Notes: generated from the sequence alone by a model not told the origin. A stretch of 64,000 bases of DNA from an uncultured Muribaculaceae bacterium (GCA_964587165.1 CAZPKH010000004.1:9397-73396); one strand, 5' to 3'; numbered from the stretch's first letter, positions 18,276-28,786 are shown. A program made the numbers and translations.

Positions 18276-18983
18276 ATGAACAAGCAAAGTAGCACATATA
18301 CAGTAATCTACATCATCGTCCTGGTGGTTGTGGTAGGTGCCGCGCTGGCATTCACCTCGCTCGGGCTGAAAGATCGTCAGACCGACAACGCCAACGCCGA
18401 CAAGATGCGCCAGATACTCGCTTCGGTATACATCGACCCGGCAAAGGGTCAGGAAGCCGAGACGTTCGATAAATATATCGTAAAGCAATTTTTAGTGGAC
18501 GAGAACGGCAGCGAAGTGGCCGGCGACGCATTCAGCGTGCAGATGGACAAACAGATAAAGCTCCCTCAGGCCAAACGTCTGCTGCCGGTGTTTGAGTGCC
18601 GCCTCGACGACGGACAGACAAAATACATCATCCCCGTCTACGGAGCAGGCCTCTGGGGCCCGATATGGGGATACCTCGCCTTCAATTCCGACGGTTCGAC
18701 CATCTACGGCGCATTCTTCGCCCATCAGGGTGAGACACCCGGACTCGGTGCCGAAATCGAGAAGCCCGCTTTCTCCGACCAGTTCAAGGGCAAGCAGGTG
18801 TGGAAAGACGGCAAATTCTACCCCATCGAGGTTGTAAAAGCCGGCCTCAAGCCCACCAACCCCGACGTGGACTATGTGGACGGCGTGACCGGCGGAACAA
18901 TCACATCAAAAGGCGTGGGCGCTATGATCGACAACTGCCTGATGCCCTATCGCCTCTATCTGGAATCACTAAACCGAAAATAA
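18276..18983 (+). CDS. nqrC: Na+-NQR subunit C
   Basis: 235 aa with a single N-terminal TM helix. The FMN-binding motif is VDGVTGGTITSKGV. Confidence 0.9.
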   Translation: MNKQSSTYTVIYIIVLVVVVGAALAFTSLGLKDRQTDNANADKMRQILASVYIDPAKGQEAETFDKYIVKQFLVDENGSEVAGDAFSVQMDKQIKLPQAKRLLPVFECRLDDGQTKYIIPVYGAGLWGPIWGYLAFNSDGSTIYGAFFAHQGETPGLGAEIEKPAFSDQFKGKQVWKDGKFYPIEVVKAGLKPTNPDVDYVDGVTGGTITSKGVGAMIDNCLMPYRLYLESLNRK

Positions 18984-18995
18984 CTCCACGCAGAT

Positions 18996-19622
18996 ATGGC
19001 TGAAAAAATATCAAACCGTTCAGTATTCTTCAATCCATTCTCGAAGGATAACCCCGTGATCGTTCAGGTGCTCGGCATCTGCTCGGTGCTTGCCGTGACC
19101 GCAAAACTTGAACCGGCCATCGTGATGGGTGTATCGGTGATCGCGGTGCTCGCTTTTGCCAACGTGATAATATCGCTCATCCGCAAGACCATACCCACCT
19201 CGGTGCGCATCATAGTGCAGCTTGTGGTAGTGGCAGGCCTTGTGGTGATCGTCGACCAGCTTCTGAAAGCGTTCGCCTACGACGTGTCGAAACAGCTCTC
19301 CGTCTTTATCGGTCTTATCATCACCAACTGTATATTGATGGGACGCCTCGAAGCATTTGCCCTGGCCAATCGCCCCTGGCCGTCATTCCTCGACGGTGTG
19401 GGCAACGGTATCGGCTACGCCCTGATACTGATAATTGCCGGTTTCTTCCGCGAGCTCCTCGGCTCGGGCACACTGCTCGGCCATCAGGTCATACCGCAGG
19501 CTTGCTACGATGCCGGCTATGTAAACAACGGCCTTATGATTCTCCCTCCCATGGCTCTTATCGTAGTGGCTTGCATCATTTGGGTACACCGCTCGCGCAA
19601 CAAAGACCTTCAGGAGTCTTGA
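18996..19622 (+). CDS. nqrD: Na+-NQR subunit D
   Basis: 208 aa, NqrD/RnfE family. Conserved stretch NPVIVQVLGICSVLAVT. Confidence 0.9.
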   Translation: MAEKISNRSVFFNPFSKDNPVIVQVLGICSVLAVTAKLEPAIVMGVSVIAVLAFANVIISLIRKTIPTSVRIIVQLVVVAGLVVIVDQLLKAFAYDVSKQLSVFIGLIITNCILMGRLEAFALANRPWPSFLDGVGNGIGYALILIIAGFFRELLGSGTLLGHQVIPQACYDAGYVNNGLMILPPMALIVVACIIWVHRSRNKDLQES

Positions 19623-19666
19623 CACTTCATTATCACCTCACACTAATGTTCTGACATTCAATCACA

Positions 19667-20284
19667 ATGGAGAATTTCAATATATTCATTAGGTCGATAT
19701 TCGTCGACAACATGGTGTTTGCCTACTTCCTGGGCATGTGCTCGTTTCTCGCCGTGTCGAAAAACGTCAAGACAGCCTTCGGCCTGGGCATAGCCGTCAC
19801 GTTCATGCTCGTGGTGACACTCCCCATCAACTATCTGATGAACACTTACGTGCTGCAGGAAGGAGCCCTGAAGTGGCTCTCGCCTGATTTCGCAACCGTC
19901 GACCTCAGCTTCCTGTCGCTCATTATGTTTATTGCCGTGATAGCTTCGATGACACAGCTCGTCGAGATGGCCGTCGAGAAATATTCGCCGGCTCTATACT
20001 CGTCGCTCGGCATCTTCCTGCCGCTTATCGCCGTCAACTGTGCTATACTCGGCGGCTCGCTCTTCATGCAGCAGCGCGACTTCCCCGACGTGCTCACAGC
20101 CGTATGTGCAGGCGGTGGCTGGGGTATCGGCTGGCTTCTGGCTATCTGTGCCGTGGCTGCCATACGCGAGCGCCTGGCCACATACTCCAACATCCCCGGC
20201 CCGCTCCGCGGCATAGGCATCACATTCATACTCACGGCTCTGATGGGTATCGCATTCATGAGTTTCCTCGGCATAAAAATCTGA
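19667..20284 (+). CDS. nqrE: Na+-NQR subunit E
   Basis: 205 aa, NqrE/RnfA family. Conserved stretches NMVFAYFLGMCSFLAVS and IAVNCAILGG. Confidence 0.9.
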   Translation: MENFNIFIRSIFVDNMVFAYFLGMCSFLAVSKNVKTAFGLGIAVTFMLVVTLPINYLMNTYVLQEGALKWLSPDFATVDLSFLSLIMFIAVIASMTQLVEMAVEKYSPALYSSLGIFLPLIAVNCAILGGSLFMQQRDFPDVLTAVCAGGGWGIGWLLAICAVAAIRERLATYSNIPGPLRGIGITFILTALMGIAFMSFLGIKI

Positions 20285-20290
20285 CGCATC

Positions 20291-21607
20291 ATGACTACTC
20301 TCAATATTTTACAGCTCATCCCGGCCGCATCCTCCGGCCAGCTCACTGTGATGGCCGGCGTGGGTATATTTCTGCTGGTCACACTTGCCCTCGTCGCAAT
20401 CCTGCTTGTAGCCAAGCACTTCCTTGTGCATCAGGGTAAAGTGAAAATCGATATCAACTCCGGAAAACGCGAAGTGGAAGCCGACTCGGGCGCATCTCTT
20501 CTATCGACCCTCGCCACTGCCGACGTATTCCTTCCGTCGGCCTGCGGCGGCAAGGGCAGCTGCGCCCAGTGCAAGTGTCAGGTATTCGAGGGCGGAGGCG
20601 ACATACTCCCCACCGAGCAGGTGCACTTCTCGCGCAAAGAGGTGCAGGATCACTGGCGCCTCGGCTGTCAGGTGAAGGTGAAGGAGAACATGAAGATCGG
20701 TATCCCCGCATCGGTGCTCGACATCAAGGAGTGGGAGTGCGAGGTGATCTCAAACAAGAATGTGGCTACTTTCATCAAAGAGTTTATCGTAGCTCTACCC
20801 AAGGGTGCACATATGGACTTCATCCCCGGGTCGTACGCTCAGATAAAGATACCCCCCTACTCGATGGACTATAATGTGGACATCGACAAAGAGTCGATCG
20901 GCGCCGAGTATCTGCCGGCATGGGAGAAATTCGGACTCTTCGGCCTCAAATGTCAAAACACCGAAACCACTGTGCGCGCCTACTCGATGGCCAACTATCC
21001 GGAGGAGGGCGACCGCATAATGCTCACGGTGCGTATCGCCACACCGCCTTTCAAACCGAAACCGCAGGTGGGATTCATGGACGTGATGCCCGGTATTGCC
21101 TCAAGCTATATCTTCACACTCAAGCCCGGCGACAAGGTGCTGATGTCAGGCCCTTACGGCGACTTCCACCCCATAGTCGACTCAAAAGCCGAGATGATGT
21201 GGATAGGCGGTGGCGCCGGTATGGCACCGCTGCGTGCACAGATCATGTGGATGACAAAGACCCTGCATACTACCGACCGTGTGATGAACTACTTCTACGG
21301 CGCACGCGCCCTCAACGAGGTGTTCTACCTGCAGGACTTCCTGCAGCTGGAGAAAGAGTTCCCCAACTTCAAGTTCCATCTCGCCCTCGACCGCCCCGAC
21401 CCTGCTGCCGACGCTGCAGGCGTGAAGTACACCCCCGGATTCGTACATCAGGTGATCTACGACACATACCTCAAAGATCATGAGAACCCCGAAGATATAG
21501 AGTACTACATGTGCGGCCCCGGCCCGATGTCGGCAGCCGTCAACAACATGCTCTACAACCTCGGCGTAGAGCCTTCATCCATACACTACGACAACTTCGG
21601 CGGCTGA
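20291..21607 (+). CDS. nqrF: Na+-NQR subunit F
   Basis: 438 aa. N-terminal TM helix, 2Fe-2S ferredoxin motif CGGKGSCAQCKC, FAD/NAD-binding RAYSMAN and GGGAGMAP. Confidence 0.92.
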   Translation: MTTLNILQLIPAASSGQLTVMAGVGIFLLVTLALVAILLVAKHFLVHQGKVKIDINSGKREVEADSGASLLSTLATADVFLPSACGGKGSCAQCKCQVFEGGGDILPTEQVHFSRKEVQDHWRLGCQVKVKENMKIGIPASVLDIKEWECEVISNKNVATFIKEFIVALPKGAHMDFIPGSYAQIKIPPYSMDYNVDIDKESIGAEYLPAWEKFGLFGLKCQNTETTVRAYSMANYPEEGDRIMLTVRIATPPFKPKPQVGFMDVMPGIASSYIFTLKPGDKVLMSGPYGDFHPIVDSKAEMMWIGGGAGMAPLRAQIMWMTKTLHTTDRVMNYFYGARALNEVFYLQDFLQLEKEFPNFKFHLALDRPDPAADAAGVKYTPGFVHQVIYDTYLKDHENPEDIEYYMCGPGPMSAAVNNMLYNLGVEPSSIHYDNFGG

Positions 21608-21620
21608 TCCCTAAAACTAA

Positions 21621-21667
21621 AACAGGAGGCAAACACTTTTGAATCGTGTTTGCCTCCTGTTTATTTG
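21621..21667. terminator. Bidirectional rho-independent terminator between nqrF and hisIE
   Basis: AACAGGAGGCAAACAC pairs with GTGTTTGCCTCCTGTT. The stem is followed by TATTTG on the plus strand and TTTTAGTTTT on the minus strand. Confidence 0.75.
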
Positions 21668-21710
21668 ATAGGACTCGTGCTCCAAAGTGGGTGGATAAAA
21701 AAGGAAAGAA

Positions 21711-22307
21711 CTAATGGCGTAGTGAAAGTTCGGACTCGAGGTCGTCGAGGCCGACACCCATCTGTCGGCAGAGCACCAGGAGGTGGAATATCAGGTCGCC
21801 GGCTTCGTAGATGAAACGCGAACGATTGCCGTCGACAGCTTCTATTATGACTTCCGTGGCTTCTTCACCGACCTTTTTGGAGATAGCTTTCACGCCCTTT
21901 ATGAACAGGCGCGTAGTGTAGGAGTTTTCGGGCATCTCTTCTTTGCGTTTTGCCACTATCTGCTCGAGCCGACGGATGAAGCCCTCCGACTCAGGGGTGT
22001 CGAAGCATGATGTAGTGCCTCGATGACATGTAGGACCAATGGGATTTGCCTTCACTAAGAGAGCGTCTGAGTCGCAATCGGGATACATATCTACAAGCTG
22101 GAGATAATGACCGGATGTCTCCCCCTTGGTCCATAACCGGCTGCGTGTCCGCGACCAGAATGTGACGTGACCGGTCTCGACGGTACGGTCGAAAGCCTCA
22201 CGGTTCATATATCCGAGCATCAGCACTTTAAGAGTGACGGCATCTTGCACTATCACCGGGAGGAGAGAGTCGGCAAGTTTTGAGAAATTAAAATCATCGA
22301 AGGTCAT
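21711..22307 (-). CDS. hisIE: Bifunctional phosphoribosyl-AMP cyclohydrolase / phosphoribosyl-ATP pyrophosphatase
   Basis: 198 aa. HisI motif WSRTRSRLWTKGETSGH followed by a HisE C-terminal half. Confidence 0.9.
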   Translation of the reverse strand: MTFDDFNFSKLADSLLPVIVQDAVTLKVLMLGYMNREAFDRTVETGHVTFWSRTRSRLWTKGETSGHYLQLVDMYPDCDSDALLVKANPIGPTCHRGTTSCFDTPESEGFIRRLEQIVAKRKEEMPENSYTTRLFIKGVKAISKKVGEEATEVIIEAVDGNRSRFIYEAGDLIFHLLVLCRQMGVGLDDLESELSLRH

Positions 22308-22340
22308 AGCGACGATATGGTTATATAGGGTTATGGGGCG

Positions 22341-23099
22341 TTATAGGGCTACTTTGATATGACGGGATTGGAGTTGGCGCTTGAGGTCGGGGATAGAGAT
22401 TTCACCATAGTGGAATATAGAGGCTGCCAGCGCAGCGTCAGCTCGTCCGTCGGTAAGTACCTTTGCAATATCTTCGACGCTTCCGGCACCTCCTGAGGCA
22501 ATAATGGGCACGCTCACCTCATCGCTGAGGCGTGCGAAGGCATCGCAGGGGTATCCGCGGCGCGTGCCATCATGATTCATTGATGTGAACAGGATCTCTC
22601 CGGCTCCTCGCGCCTCAGCCTCGCGAGCCCATGAAAACAGCTCCCTATCGGTAGAACGCCGTCCGCCATGTGTGGTAACGTGCCAGAGGCCATCATCCTC
22701 CAGACGAGCGTCGATTGCCACCACCACAAACTGACGTCCATAGCGGGCGGCAATGCGGTCGATAAGGGTCGGATCGGCCACGGCGGCGGTGTTAAGCGTG
22801 ATTTTATCAGCGCCGGCATTGAGCAGACGTGAAGCGTCTTCAATAGAAGAGATACCTCCGCCGACAGTAAAGGGAATGTTGATCTCCCGGGCGATCTGCT
22901 CCACCAGCGATGTAAAAGTACGCCGTCCTTCAGCCGAGGCACTTATGTCGAGAAATACCAACTCATCGGCATCTTCACGGGCATAAAACTTGCCCAATTC
23001 TACCGGTGAACCGACATCGCGCAGCTGCTCAAAATTTATACCTTTCACTGTGCGCCCGTCCTTTACATCGAGGCAGGGTATTATGCGTTTTGCAACCAT
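22341..23099 (-). CDS. hisF: Imidazole glycerol phosphate synthase cyclase subunit
   Basis: 252 aa. KRIIPCLDVKDGRTVKG is the HisF signature. Confidence 0.92.
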   Translation of the reverse strand: MVAKRIIPCLDVKDGRTVKGINFEQLRDVGSPVELGKFYAREDADELVFLDISASAEGRRTFTSLVEQIAREINIPFTVGGGISSIEDASRLLNAGADKITLNTAAVADPTLIDRIAARYGRQFVVVAIDARLEDDGLWHVTTHGGRRSTDRELFSWAREAEARGAGEILFTSMNHDGTRRGYPCDAFARLSDEVSVPIIASGGAGSVEDIAKVLTDGRADAALAASIFHYGEISIPDLKRQLQSRHIKVAL

Positions 23100-23815
23100 T
23101 CTTGGATAAATTTCAGTGGAATTTTATTTTCATATATCGCTTTCCCTACTATGACGCGCTGCAGGCCCGCGCGGTCGAGGTCGATGATATCCCGGCTGCT
23201 GCCGATCCCCCCTGATACCGTAAAGGCCACATCAGGATATTTCTTCTGCAGCCCGACATAGAGGGAGGTCGCCGGACCGGAAAGCATACCGTCGCGGGAT
23301 ATTTCCGTCACTATCGCCTGCGACAGACCGTGAGTAAGAAACAGATCTACAAGATTGTCGACACTCTTGTCGTCGGTTTCGAGCCAACCATGGGTAGCGA
23401 TTTTACCATTGGAGATATCGGCACCGAGCACCATTCTGTCGGGGCCAAACTCTTCAAGCCACTGAGCAAACAGCTTCGGCTGCCGGGCAGCGACACTCCC
23501 TACTACTGCATATTTTGCTCCGGCTGAGAATATATCAGCGAGAGCCTGCTCGGACTTGATACCTCCGCCCCACTCTATCTCAAGCCCGCTTACTGAGGCT
23601 AACCTTTCCAACACAGGGAGATTGACGGGACTTGATGCCTTTGCGCCGTCAAGGTCGACCACATGCAGCCGGCGCACTCCTATGTCGGCATAGCGACGAG
23701 CCATCTCGAGCGGAGAGGCATCGTAAATGGTACGGCGGCCATAGTCGCCTTGCGAAAGACGCACACACTTCCCGTCGATAATATCTATGGCCGGAATAAT
23801 TTCTATTTTTCTCAT
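23081..23815 (-). CDS. hisA: ProFAR isomerase
   Basis: 244 aa. IIPAIDIIDGKCVRLSQGDY is the HisA signature. It overlaps hisF by 19 nt. Confidence 0.9.
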   Translation of the reverse strand: MRKIEIIPAIDIIDGKCVRLSQGDYGRRTIYDASPLEMARRYADIGVRRLHVVDLDGAKASSPVNLPVLERLASVSGLEIEWGGGIKSEQALADIFSAGAKYAVVGSVAARQPKLFAQWLEEFGPDRMVLGADISNGKIATHGWLETDDKSVDNLVDLFLTHGLSQAIVTEISRDGMLSGPATSLYVGLQKKYPDVAFTVSGGIGSSRDIIDLDRAGLQRVIVGKAIYENKIPLKFIQEWLQNA

Positions 23816-24396
23816 AATTCAAGGAAGTTTTTGATGATGCGCTCCCCTACCTCACCGCTCTTCTCAGGGTGGAACTGAACGCCATAGAAATTTTCGTAGC
23901 GCAACGCAGCGCTGAACATCCCGCCTTGTCGGGCCGTGGCAATAGTATCGGGGCACAGCCCGGCATAATAAGAATGTACGAAGTAGACGAATGCTCCCGA
24001 CGGAATCCCCTTAAAGAGCTTGCTTTCAAGGTTGGAAAGATTGTTCCAACCCGTATGCGGCACTTTCAGGTCAGGAGCGGGGATAAATTTCTTTACAAAC
24101 GCATCAAATATACCCATACACTCCACATCTCCTTCTTCGGAATGGCGGCACATTATCTGCATACCTACGCAAATACCGAGAACCGGTTTACGCAAGCGAA
24201 GAATGGTAGGGACAAGACCGCTTTCGCGGAGATTAGACATTGCTTCGGCTGCATTTCCTACCCCCGGAAGAATCACGTGCGACGCTTTTACGATCTCATC
24301 ATGATTCGCCGTAAGCCTGTATTCCGCGCCAAGGCGCGAAAGGGCGTTCTCTACCGAGCGTAGATTGCCTGTTTTATAATCGATGATAGCTATCAT
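23812..24396 (-). CDS. hisH: Imidazole glycerol phosphate synthase glutaminase subunit
   Basis: 194 aa. Carries LPGVGN, GICVGMQ and FHPEKS motifs. 4-nt overlaps with both neighbours. Confidence 0.92.
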   Translation of the reverse strand: MIAIIDYKTGNLRSVENALSRLGAEYRLTANHDEIVKASHVILPGVGNAAEAMSNLRESGLVPTILRLRKPVLGICVGMQIMCRHSEEGDVECMGIFDAFVKKFIPAPDLKVPHTGWNNLSNLESKLFKGIPSGAFVYFVHSYYAGLCPDTIATARQGGMFSAALRYENFYGVQFHPEKSGEVGERIIKNFLEL

Positions 24397-25496
24397 AGTA
24401 TTCCTTTACTTGATGGTAACTGACTTGAGAAAACATCTCTTCTGACTGCCATTCCGAGAGCTCTGGCAAATGCTTTGAAGACACCTTCGATCAGGTGATG
24501 ATTGTTTTCGCCGCGGGCCGTCACATGAAGGTTGCAGCGCATCTCGACGGAAAGTGTCTTGAAAAAATGCTTGTACATCTCCGTTGGAGTATCGCCGACA
24601 TATTCACGAGTGAACGGAACGTCCCATACAAACTCCGAGCGTCCGCCAAAATCGAGAAGAACGGTAGCCGAGCTCTCATCCATCGGAAGAGAGAATCCAT
24701 AACGCCCGATACCCACCTTATCGCCCAGCGCCTTCAGGATCAGCTGTCCGAGCACAATCGCCACATCCTCCATAGTGTGATGCTCATCGACCTGAAGGTC
24801 GCCCTTAGCTTCTAAGAGCAAGGAGCATCCGCTGTGGTGAGGTATCTGCTCCAACATGTGGTCGAAAAACTTCAGACCCGTAGAGATAGCCGTCGACCCC
24901 TTGCCGTCCAAGTCTATTTCAGCGAATATGGATGTCTCACGAGTGATGCGCTCAATGCTTGCGCGGCGCGAAGATGTCCGGAGCCATTCATTTATCTCCG
25001 CCCACGAGTCAGTGATAAGAGCACACCCCGCAGCCTCGGTGCCATTAGGCTGCAGGAGGATTGCCTTTGCGCCGAGATTCTTGGCAAGCTGCACGTCGGT
25101 GAGGCGGTCGCCTATCACAATGCTTTCACTCAGATCATAGTCAGGATTGCCGATATATTTGCCAAACATCCCTATCCCGGGTTTGCGATTGGGAGAATTT
25201 TCTTCCGGCAGAGATGGGTCGATAAGTATATCAGCAAATTCCACCCCTTCGCCACGAAGCGTCTGCAACATCAGATTGTGCGGTGGCAGGAAGTTTTCTT
25301 CAGGAAAAGATGGTGTGCCGAGACCATCCTGATTGGAAGCCATCACAAGTTCATATTCACCGAGACGGGCAATATCGGCAAGAGCGGTTATCACACCCGG
25401 TATGAACCGGAATTTCTCCAGCGAGTCAATCTGGTAATCTACGGGAGGCTCTACAAGTATGGTGCCGTCGCGGTCAATGATCAGCAGCTTTTTCAT
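24393..25496 (-). CDS. hisB: Bifunctional histidinol-phosphatase / imidazoleglycerol-phosphate dehydratase
   Basis: 367 aa. N-terminal HAD motif IIDRDGT followed by the IGPD domain with HHSGCS and DEHHTMED. Confidence 0.9.
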   Translation of the reverse strand: MKKLLIIDRDGTILVEPPVDYQIDSLEKFRFIPGVITALADIARLGEYELVMASNQDGLGTPSFPEENFLPPHNLMLQTLRGEGVEFADILIDPSLPEENSPNRKPGIGMFGKYIGNPDYDLSESIVIGDRLTDVQLAKNLGAKAILLQPNGTEAAGCALITDSWAEINEWLRTSSRRASIERITRETSIFAEIDLDGKGSTAISTGLKFFDHMLEQIPHHSGCSLLLEAKGDLQVDEHHTMEDVAIVLGQLILKALGDKVGIGRYGFSLPMDESSATVLLDFGGRSEFVWDVPFTREYVGDTPTEMYKHFFKTLSVEMRCNLHVTARGENNHHLIEGVFKAFARALGMAVRRDVFSSQLPSSKGIL

Positions 25497-26541
25497 TTGA
25501 TGGTTTTGATGTTGTGGAGTTATAATCCTTCAGAGATTTCAGGAGGTTTCGGTTTTCTTCCGGAGTGCCGACAGTGATACGGAGGCATCCCCGGCATAGG
25601 GGTACTTTGTCGCGGTTGCGCACTATGATCTTCTGAGATATAAGATAGTCATATAGCGCATTGGCATCATCGACCTTAACGAGCAGAAAGTTGGCATCAG
25701 AGGGGTACACCCGCTTCACGAACGGAAAAGAAGCAAGAATCTCTGCAAGCTTACGACGCTCTGCTTTGATGGTCTCCACCCGGGCAGCCACAGGCTCGGA
25801 AAGAAGTCGTTCGACAATCGCAGAAGTAGCCACGTTGATGTTGTAGGGATACTTCACACGGTTCATATATCCGACAATCTCCTGAGAAGCAAATGCAAGT
25901 CCGCATCGCAGTCCGGCCATACCCCATGCCTTGGAGAGAGTCTGAAGCACTACAAGATTGGGATAATCGGAAAGGATCGGAAGCATACCGGGCTTATCGG
26001 AAAAATCAATATAAGCCTCATCCACCACCACAATGCCGGGAAATTCTCGTATCACACGCTCGATCTCTTCGCGAGCGAAAGCATTGCCGGTAGGGTTGTT
26101 GGGCGAACAGATGAATAGCAGACGTGAGTCCGCATCAGCAGCTTCTATAAGCCGGTCGACGGGAAGAGAGAAATCGTCGTTTAGAAGCACCTTGCGCATC
26201 TCGACATCGTTGATGTCGGCCGCCACTTCATACATACCATAGCTTGGAGCTATTGAGATGGCATTGCTTCTGCCGGGCAGGCAGAATATGCGGAACAGTA
26301 GATCGATCGCCTCATCGCTGCCATTACCTATAAAGATATTTTCCACGCCTACACCTTTTATGGTGGAAAGCAGGCTTTTCAGACGCTTCTGGTGCGGATC
26401 GGGATAGCGGTTATAGCCGTTATCATACGGAGACTCGTTGGCATCAAGAAATATCCCGAGATCACCCTCATATTCATCACGGGCAGTGGAATATGGCTGA
26501 AGAGAGCGGATATTCGGACGTATAAGATCAGTTATTTGCAT
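25474..26541 (-). CDS. hisC: Histidinol-phosphate aminotransferase
   Basis: 355 aa. Class II aminotransferase with the PLP lysine context TLSKAWGMAGLRCG. Confidence 0.9.
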   Translation of the reverse strand: MQITDLIRPNIRSLQPYSTARDEYEGDLGIFLDANESPYDNGYNRYPDPHQKRLKSLLSTIKGVGVENIFIGNGSDEAIDLLFRIFCLPGRSNAISIAPSYGMYEVAADINDVEMRKVLLNDDFSLPVDRLIEAADADSRLLFICSPNNPTGNAFAREEIERVIREFPGIVVVDEAYIDFSDKPGMLPILSDYPNLVVLQTLSKAWGMAGLRCGLAFASQEIVGYMNRVKYPYNINVATSAIVERLLSEPVAARVETIKAERRKLAEILASFPFVKRVYPSDANFLLVKVDDANALYDYLISQKIIVRNRDKVPLCRGCLRITVGTPEENRNLLKSLKDYNSTTSKPSNEKAADH

Positions 26542-27818
26542 TGCATTCTGATTTTTACGGCCTCAGCGTGGGCTTCAAGCCCCTCGGCATCAGCCATAGC
26601 GGTGATAGTGTCGGCAAGGCGTGCGAGGCCTTCGGAGGTAAGGTGCTGTATGGTGGTTTTGCGCATGTAGCTGTCAATATTTACCCCACTGCAACTGTGC
26701 GCCCAGCCGGAGGTGGGGAGTGTGTGGTTGGTGCCGGACGCATAGTCGCCGGCACTTTCCGGTGAATAATTGCCGATGAAGATGCTGCCGGCAGCTGTGA
26801 TTTTATCGGCAGCTTTGACCGGATCGTTCAGGGAGATGATCAGATGCTCAGCTCCATATAGATTGGCAAAGGCAATCATATCGGCACGCTCCTGAAGCAC
26901 AATAAGGCGGGAGTTATCGAGTGAGCGGTTTACGTATACCGCCCGATCAAGCTTTGATGCCTGAGCCTCGATGGCATTCCGGATTTTTTCGGCAAGATCC
27001 ATCGAGCTGCATACCACAATACCCTGCGAATCGGCGCCATGCTCACACTGCGAAAGTATATCGGCTGCCACAAATTCAGGTACTGCCGTATCGTCGGCAA
27101 GGATCATTACTTCCGACGGACCGGCAGGCATATCTATCGACACAGCGCGTCCGCCTACCTGCTGCTTGGCGTCAGTGACAAACCGGTTGCCGGGGCCGAA
27201 TATCTTGTCGACCGCCGAGATCGTCTCAGTGCCATAAGCCAAGGCTGCTATAGCCTGCGCACCGCCAACCTTATACACTTCATCAACCCCGCATACCCGG
27301 GCGGCATACAGCACAGCCGGCGCCACACGCCCCTGGCGATCGCAGGGTGTTGTCATCACCACACGCGGACAACCGGCAATGCGGGCAGGGATAGCAAGCA
27401 TCAGAACGGTAGAGAACAGCGGGGCCGTACCACCCGGAATATAGATTCCCACACTCTGTATAGCCACAGGGCGCTGCAGGCATACGACCCCGGGCATAGT
27501 CTCCACACGGATCTCGGCAGGGAGTTGGGCCGTGTGAAATGCCGAGATATTGTCCAAGGCAGTCTTAATTGCCACTTTCAGAGATTCCGGAACTGCAGCT
27601 TCCGCCTCGGCAAATTCTTCGGCTGAAACTTTCAAATCGTAGGGAGTGGACAGACCGTCGATTTCGGAAGCAAGCTGCATCAGGGCTTCGTCGCCATCTT
27701 TACGGACCCGACTGATTATTTTGCTGACAATATTTTCGACTTCAGCGTTCTCCTCAGTTTTTGCCCGACGGCAAAGTTCTGCCCATTGAGATTGGTCAGG
27801 ATTATTGTATATTTTCAT
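26532..27818 (-). CDS. hisD: Histidinol dehydrogenase
   Basis: Start set to ATG 27818 (MKIYNNP), which forms an ATGA overlap with the hisG stop. Carries QCEHGADSQ and SGTNHTLPT motifs. The track ORF extends to 27932. Confidence 0.9.
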   Translation of the reverse strand: MKIYNNPDQSQWAELCRRAKTEENAEVENIVSKIISRVRKDGDEALMQLASEIDGLSTPYDLKVSAEEFAEAEAAVPESLKVAIKTALDNISAFHTAQLPAEIRVETMPGVVCLQRPVAIQSVGIYIPGGTAPLFSTVLMLAIPARIAGCPRVVMTTPCDRQGRVAPAVLYAARVCGVDEVYKVGGAQAIAALAYGTETISAVDKIFGPGNRFVTDAKQQVGGRAVSIDMPAGPSEVMILADDTAVPEFVAADILSQCEHGADSQGIVVCSSMDLAEKIRNAIEAQASKLDRAVYVNRSLDNSRLIVLQERADMIAFANLYGAEHLIISLNDPVKAADKITAAGSIFIGNYSPESAGDYASGTNHTLPTSGWAHSCSGVNIDSYMRKTTIQHLTSEGLARLADTITAMADAEGLEAHAEAVKIRMQCK

Positions 27819-28666
27819 GGGATAATTTTGTCGACTGATAACACAAGGATTCCTTCCGCACCAATCTCTTTCAACTGGCGCACCTTCTCCCAGAGCGTTG
27901 AAGATTCCACTACAGAGTGGAGTGAGTGCCAACCCGGAGTAGCGAGCGGAATGACTGTCGGCGACCGCATAGCCGGAAGAATATCGATGGCCTTTTCGAG
28001 GCTCTCAGTCGGGATATTCATAAGCAGATATTTCATACCACGGCTGATGCTGTCGCTCTCTATGCGAAACTCAATTTCATCGAGCGCTTCACGGTCTTCC
28101 TTTGAGAGCGAAGGATTTGCAACAAGTACGGCCTCCGACTCCATGACCACCTCCACCTCCTTGAGACCATTTGAGATAAGCGTTCCGCCGGAGGAGACGA
28201 TATCGAAAATTGCGTCTGCCATCCCGGCTGAGGGAGTGATCTCCACTGAGCCGGATATCACCACCGGTACTATCTCGATACCGAGGCTATCGAAGTATCG
28301 GCGGAGGATTCGGGGATATGATGTGGCAATACGTTTGCCGCGGAAATATTCAGGGCCGGTATATTCCTGCTGTTTCGGGATAGCGAGAGAAAGACGGCAA
28401 GCACCGAATCCAAGTGGGCGAACGATGTCGACTTTCGCACCTTTCTCCTCCACTTCGTTGAGTCCGACAATGCCGAGCTGGGCGGAATTCTCCGCCACAA
28501 GGCCCGGAATATCGTCGTCGCGGACATTAAGCACTTCAATAGGGAAATTGATGGCTTTGGAGAGATACTTACGCTTGGCAGTGTCGATCTTGATACCGAT
28601 GCGTCCGAGTAGCCCAACCGACTCCTCTCCCAAACGACCTTTGTTTTGAATAGCAATTCTTAGCAT
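27815..28666 (-). CDS. hisG: ATP phosphoribosyltransferase
   Basis: 283 aa. MLRIAIQNKGRL is a typical HisG N-terminus. It is the first gene of the his operon. Confidence 0.9.
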   Translation of the reverse strand: MLRIAIQNKGRLGEESVGLLGRIGIKIDTAKRKYLSKAINFPIEVLNVRDDDIPGLVAENSAQLGIVGLNEVEEKGAKVDIVRPLGFGACRLSLAIPKQQEYTGPEYFRGKRIATSYPRILRRYFDSLGIEIVPVVISGSVEITPSAGMADAIFDIVSSGGTLISNGLKEVEVVMESEAVLVANPSLSKEDREALDEIEFRIESDSISRGMKYLLMNIPTESLEKAIDILPAMRSPTVIPLATPGWHSLHSVVESSTLWEKVRQLKEIGAEGILVLSVDKIIP

Positions 28667-28704
28667 ATCTGTATTAATTTTCGCAAGCTCAACTAAAAGT
28701 GTTT

Positions 28705-28754
28705 GTAATAAAAAGCCTCAGAGTTGGGTTAAAAACCCTTGGCTCTGAGGCTTT
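28705..28754 (-). terminator. Attenuator terminator in the his operon leader
   Basis: On the minus strand AAAGCCUCAGAG (28754-28743) pairs with CUCUGAGGCUUU (28723-28712). An inner GGGUU/AACCC helix is present and UUAUUAC follows the stem. It ends 39 nt upstream of the hisG ATG. Confidence 0.7.
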
Positions 28755-28786
28755 GTATTATGTTTTTTTAATTTTCACATGAATAA

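Noticed and set aside
21671-21700. GGACTCGTGCTCCAAAG, a short resemblance to part of the repeat family (GGAGGGCGAGTCCTTGG in reverse complement)
   Set aside because: Only about 13 of 17 nt match. None of the other conserved blocks, nor a closing helix, is present. I do not count it as a fourth copy.
27819-27932. 38-codon extension of the hisD ORF into hisG
   Set aside because: ATG 27818 gives the canonical HisD N-terminus and an ATGA overlap with the hisG stop. The extension overlaps hisG coding sequence.
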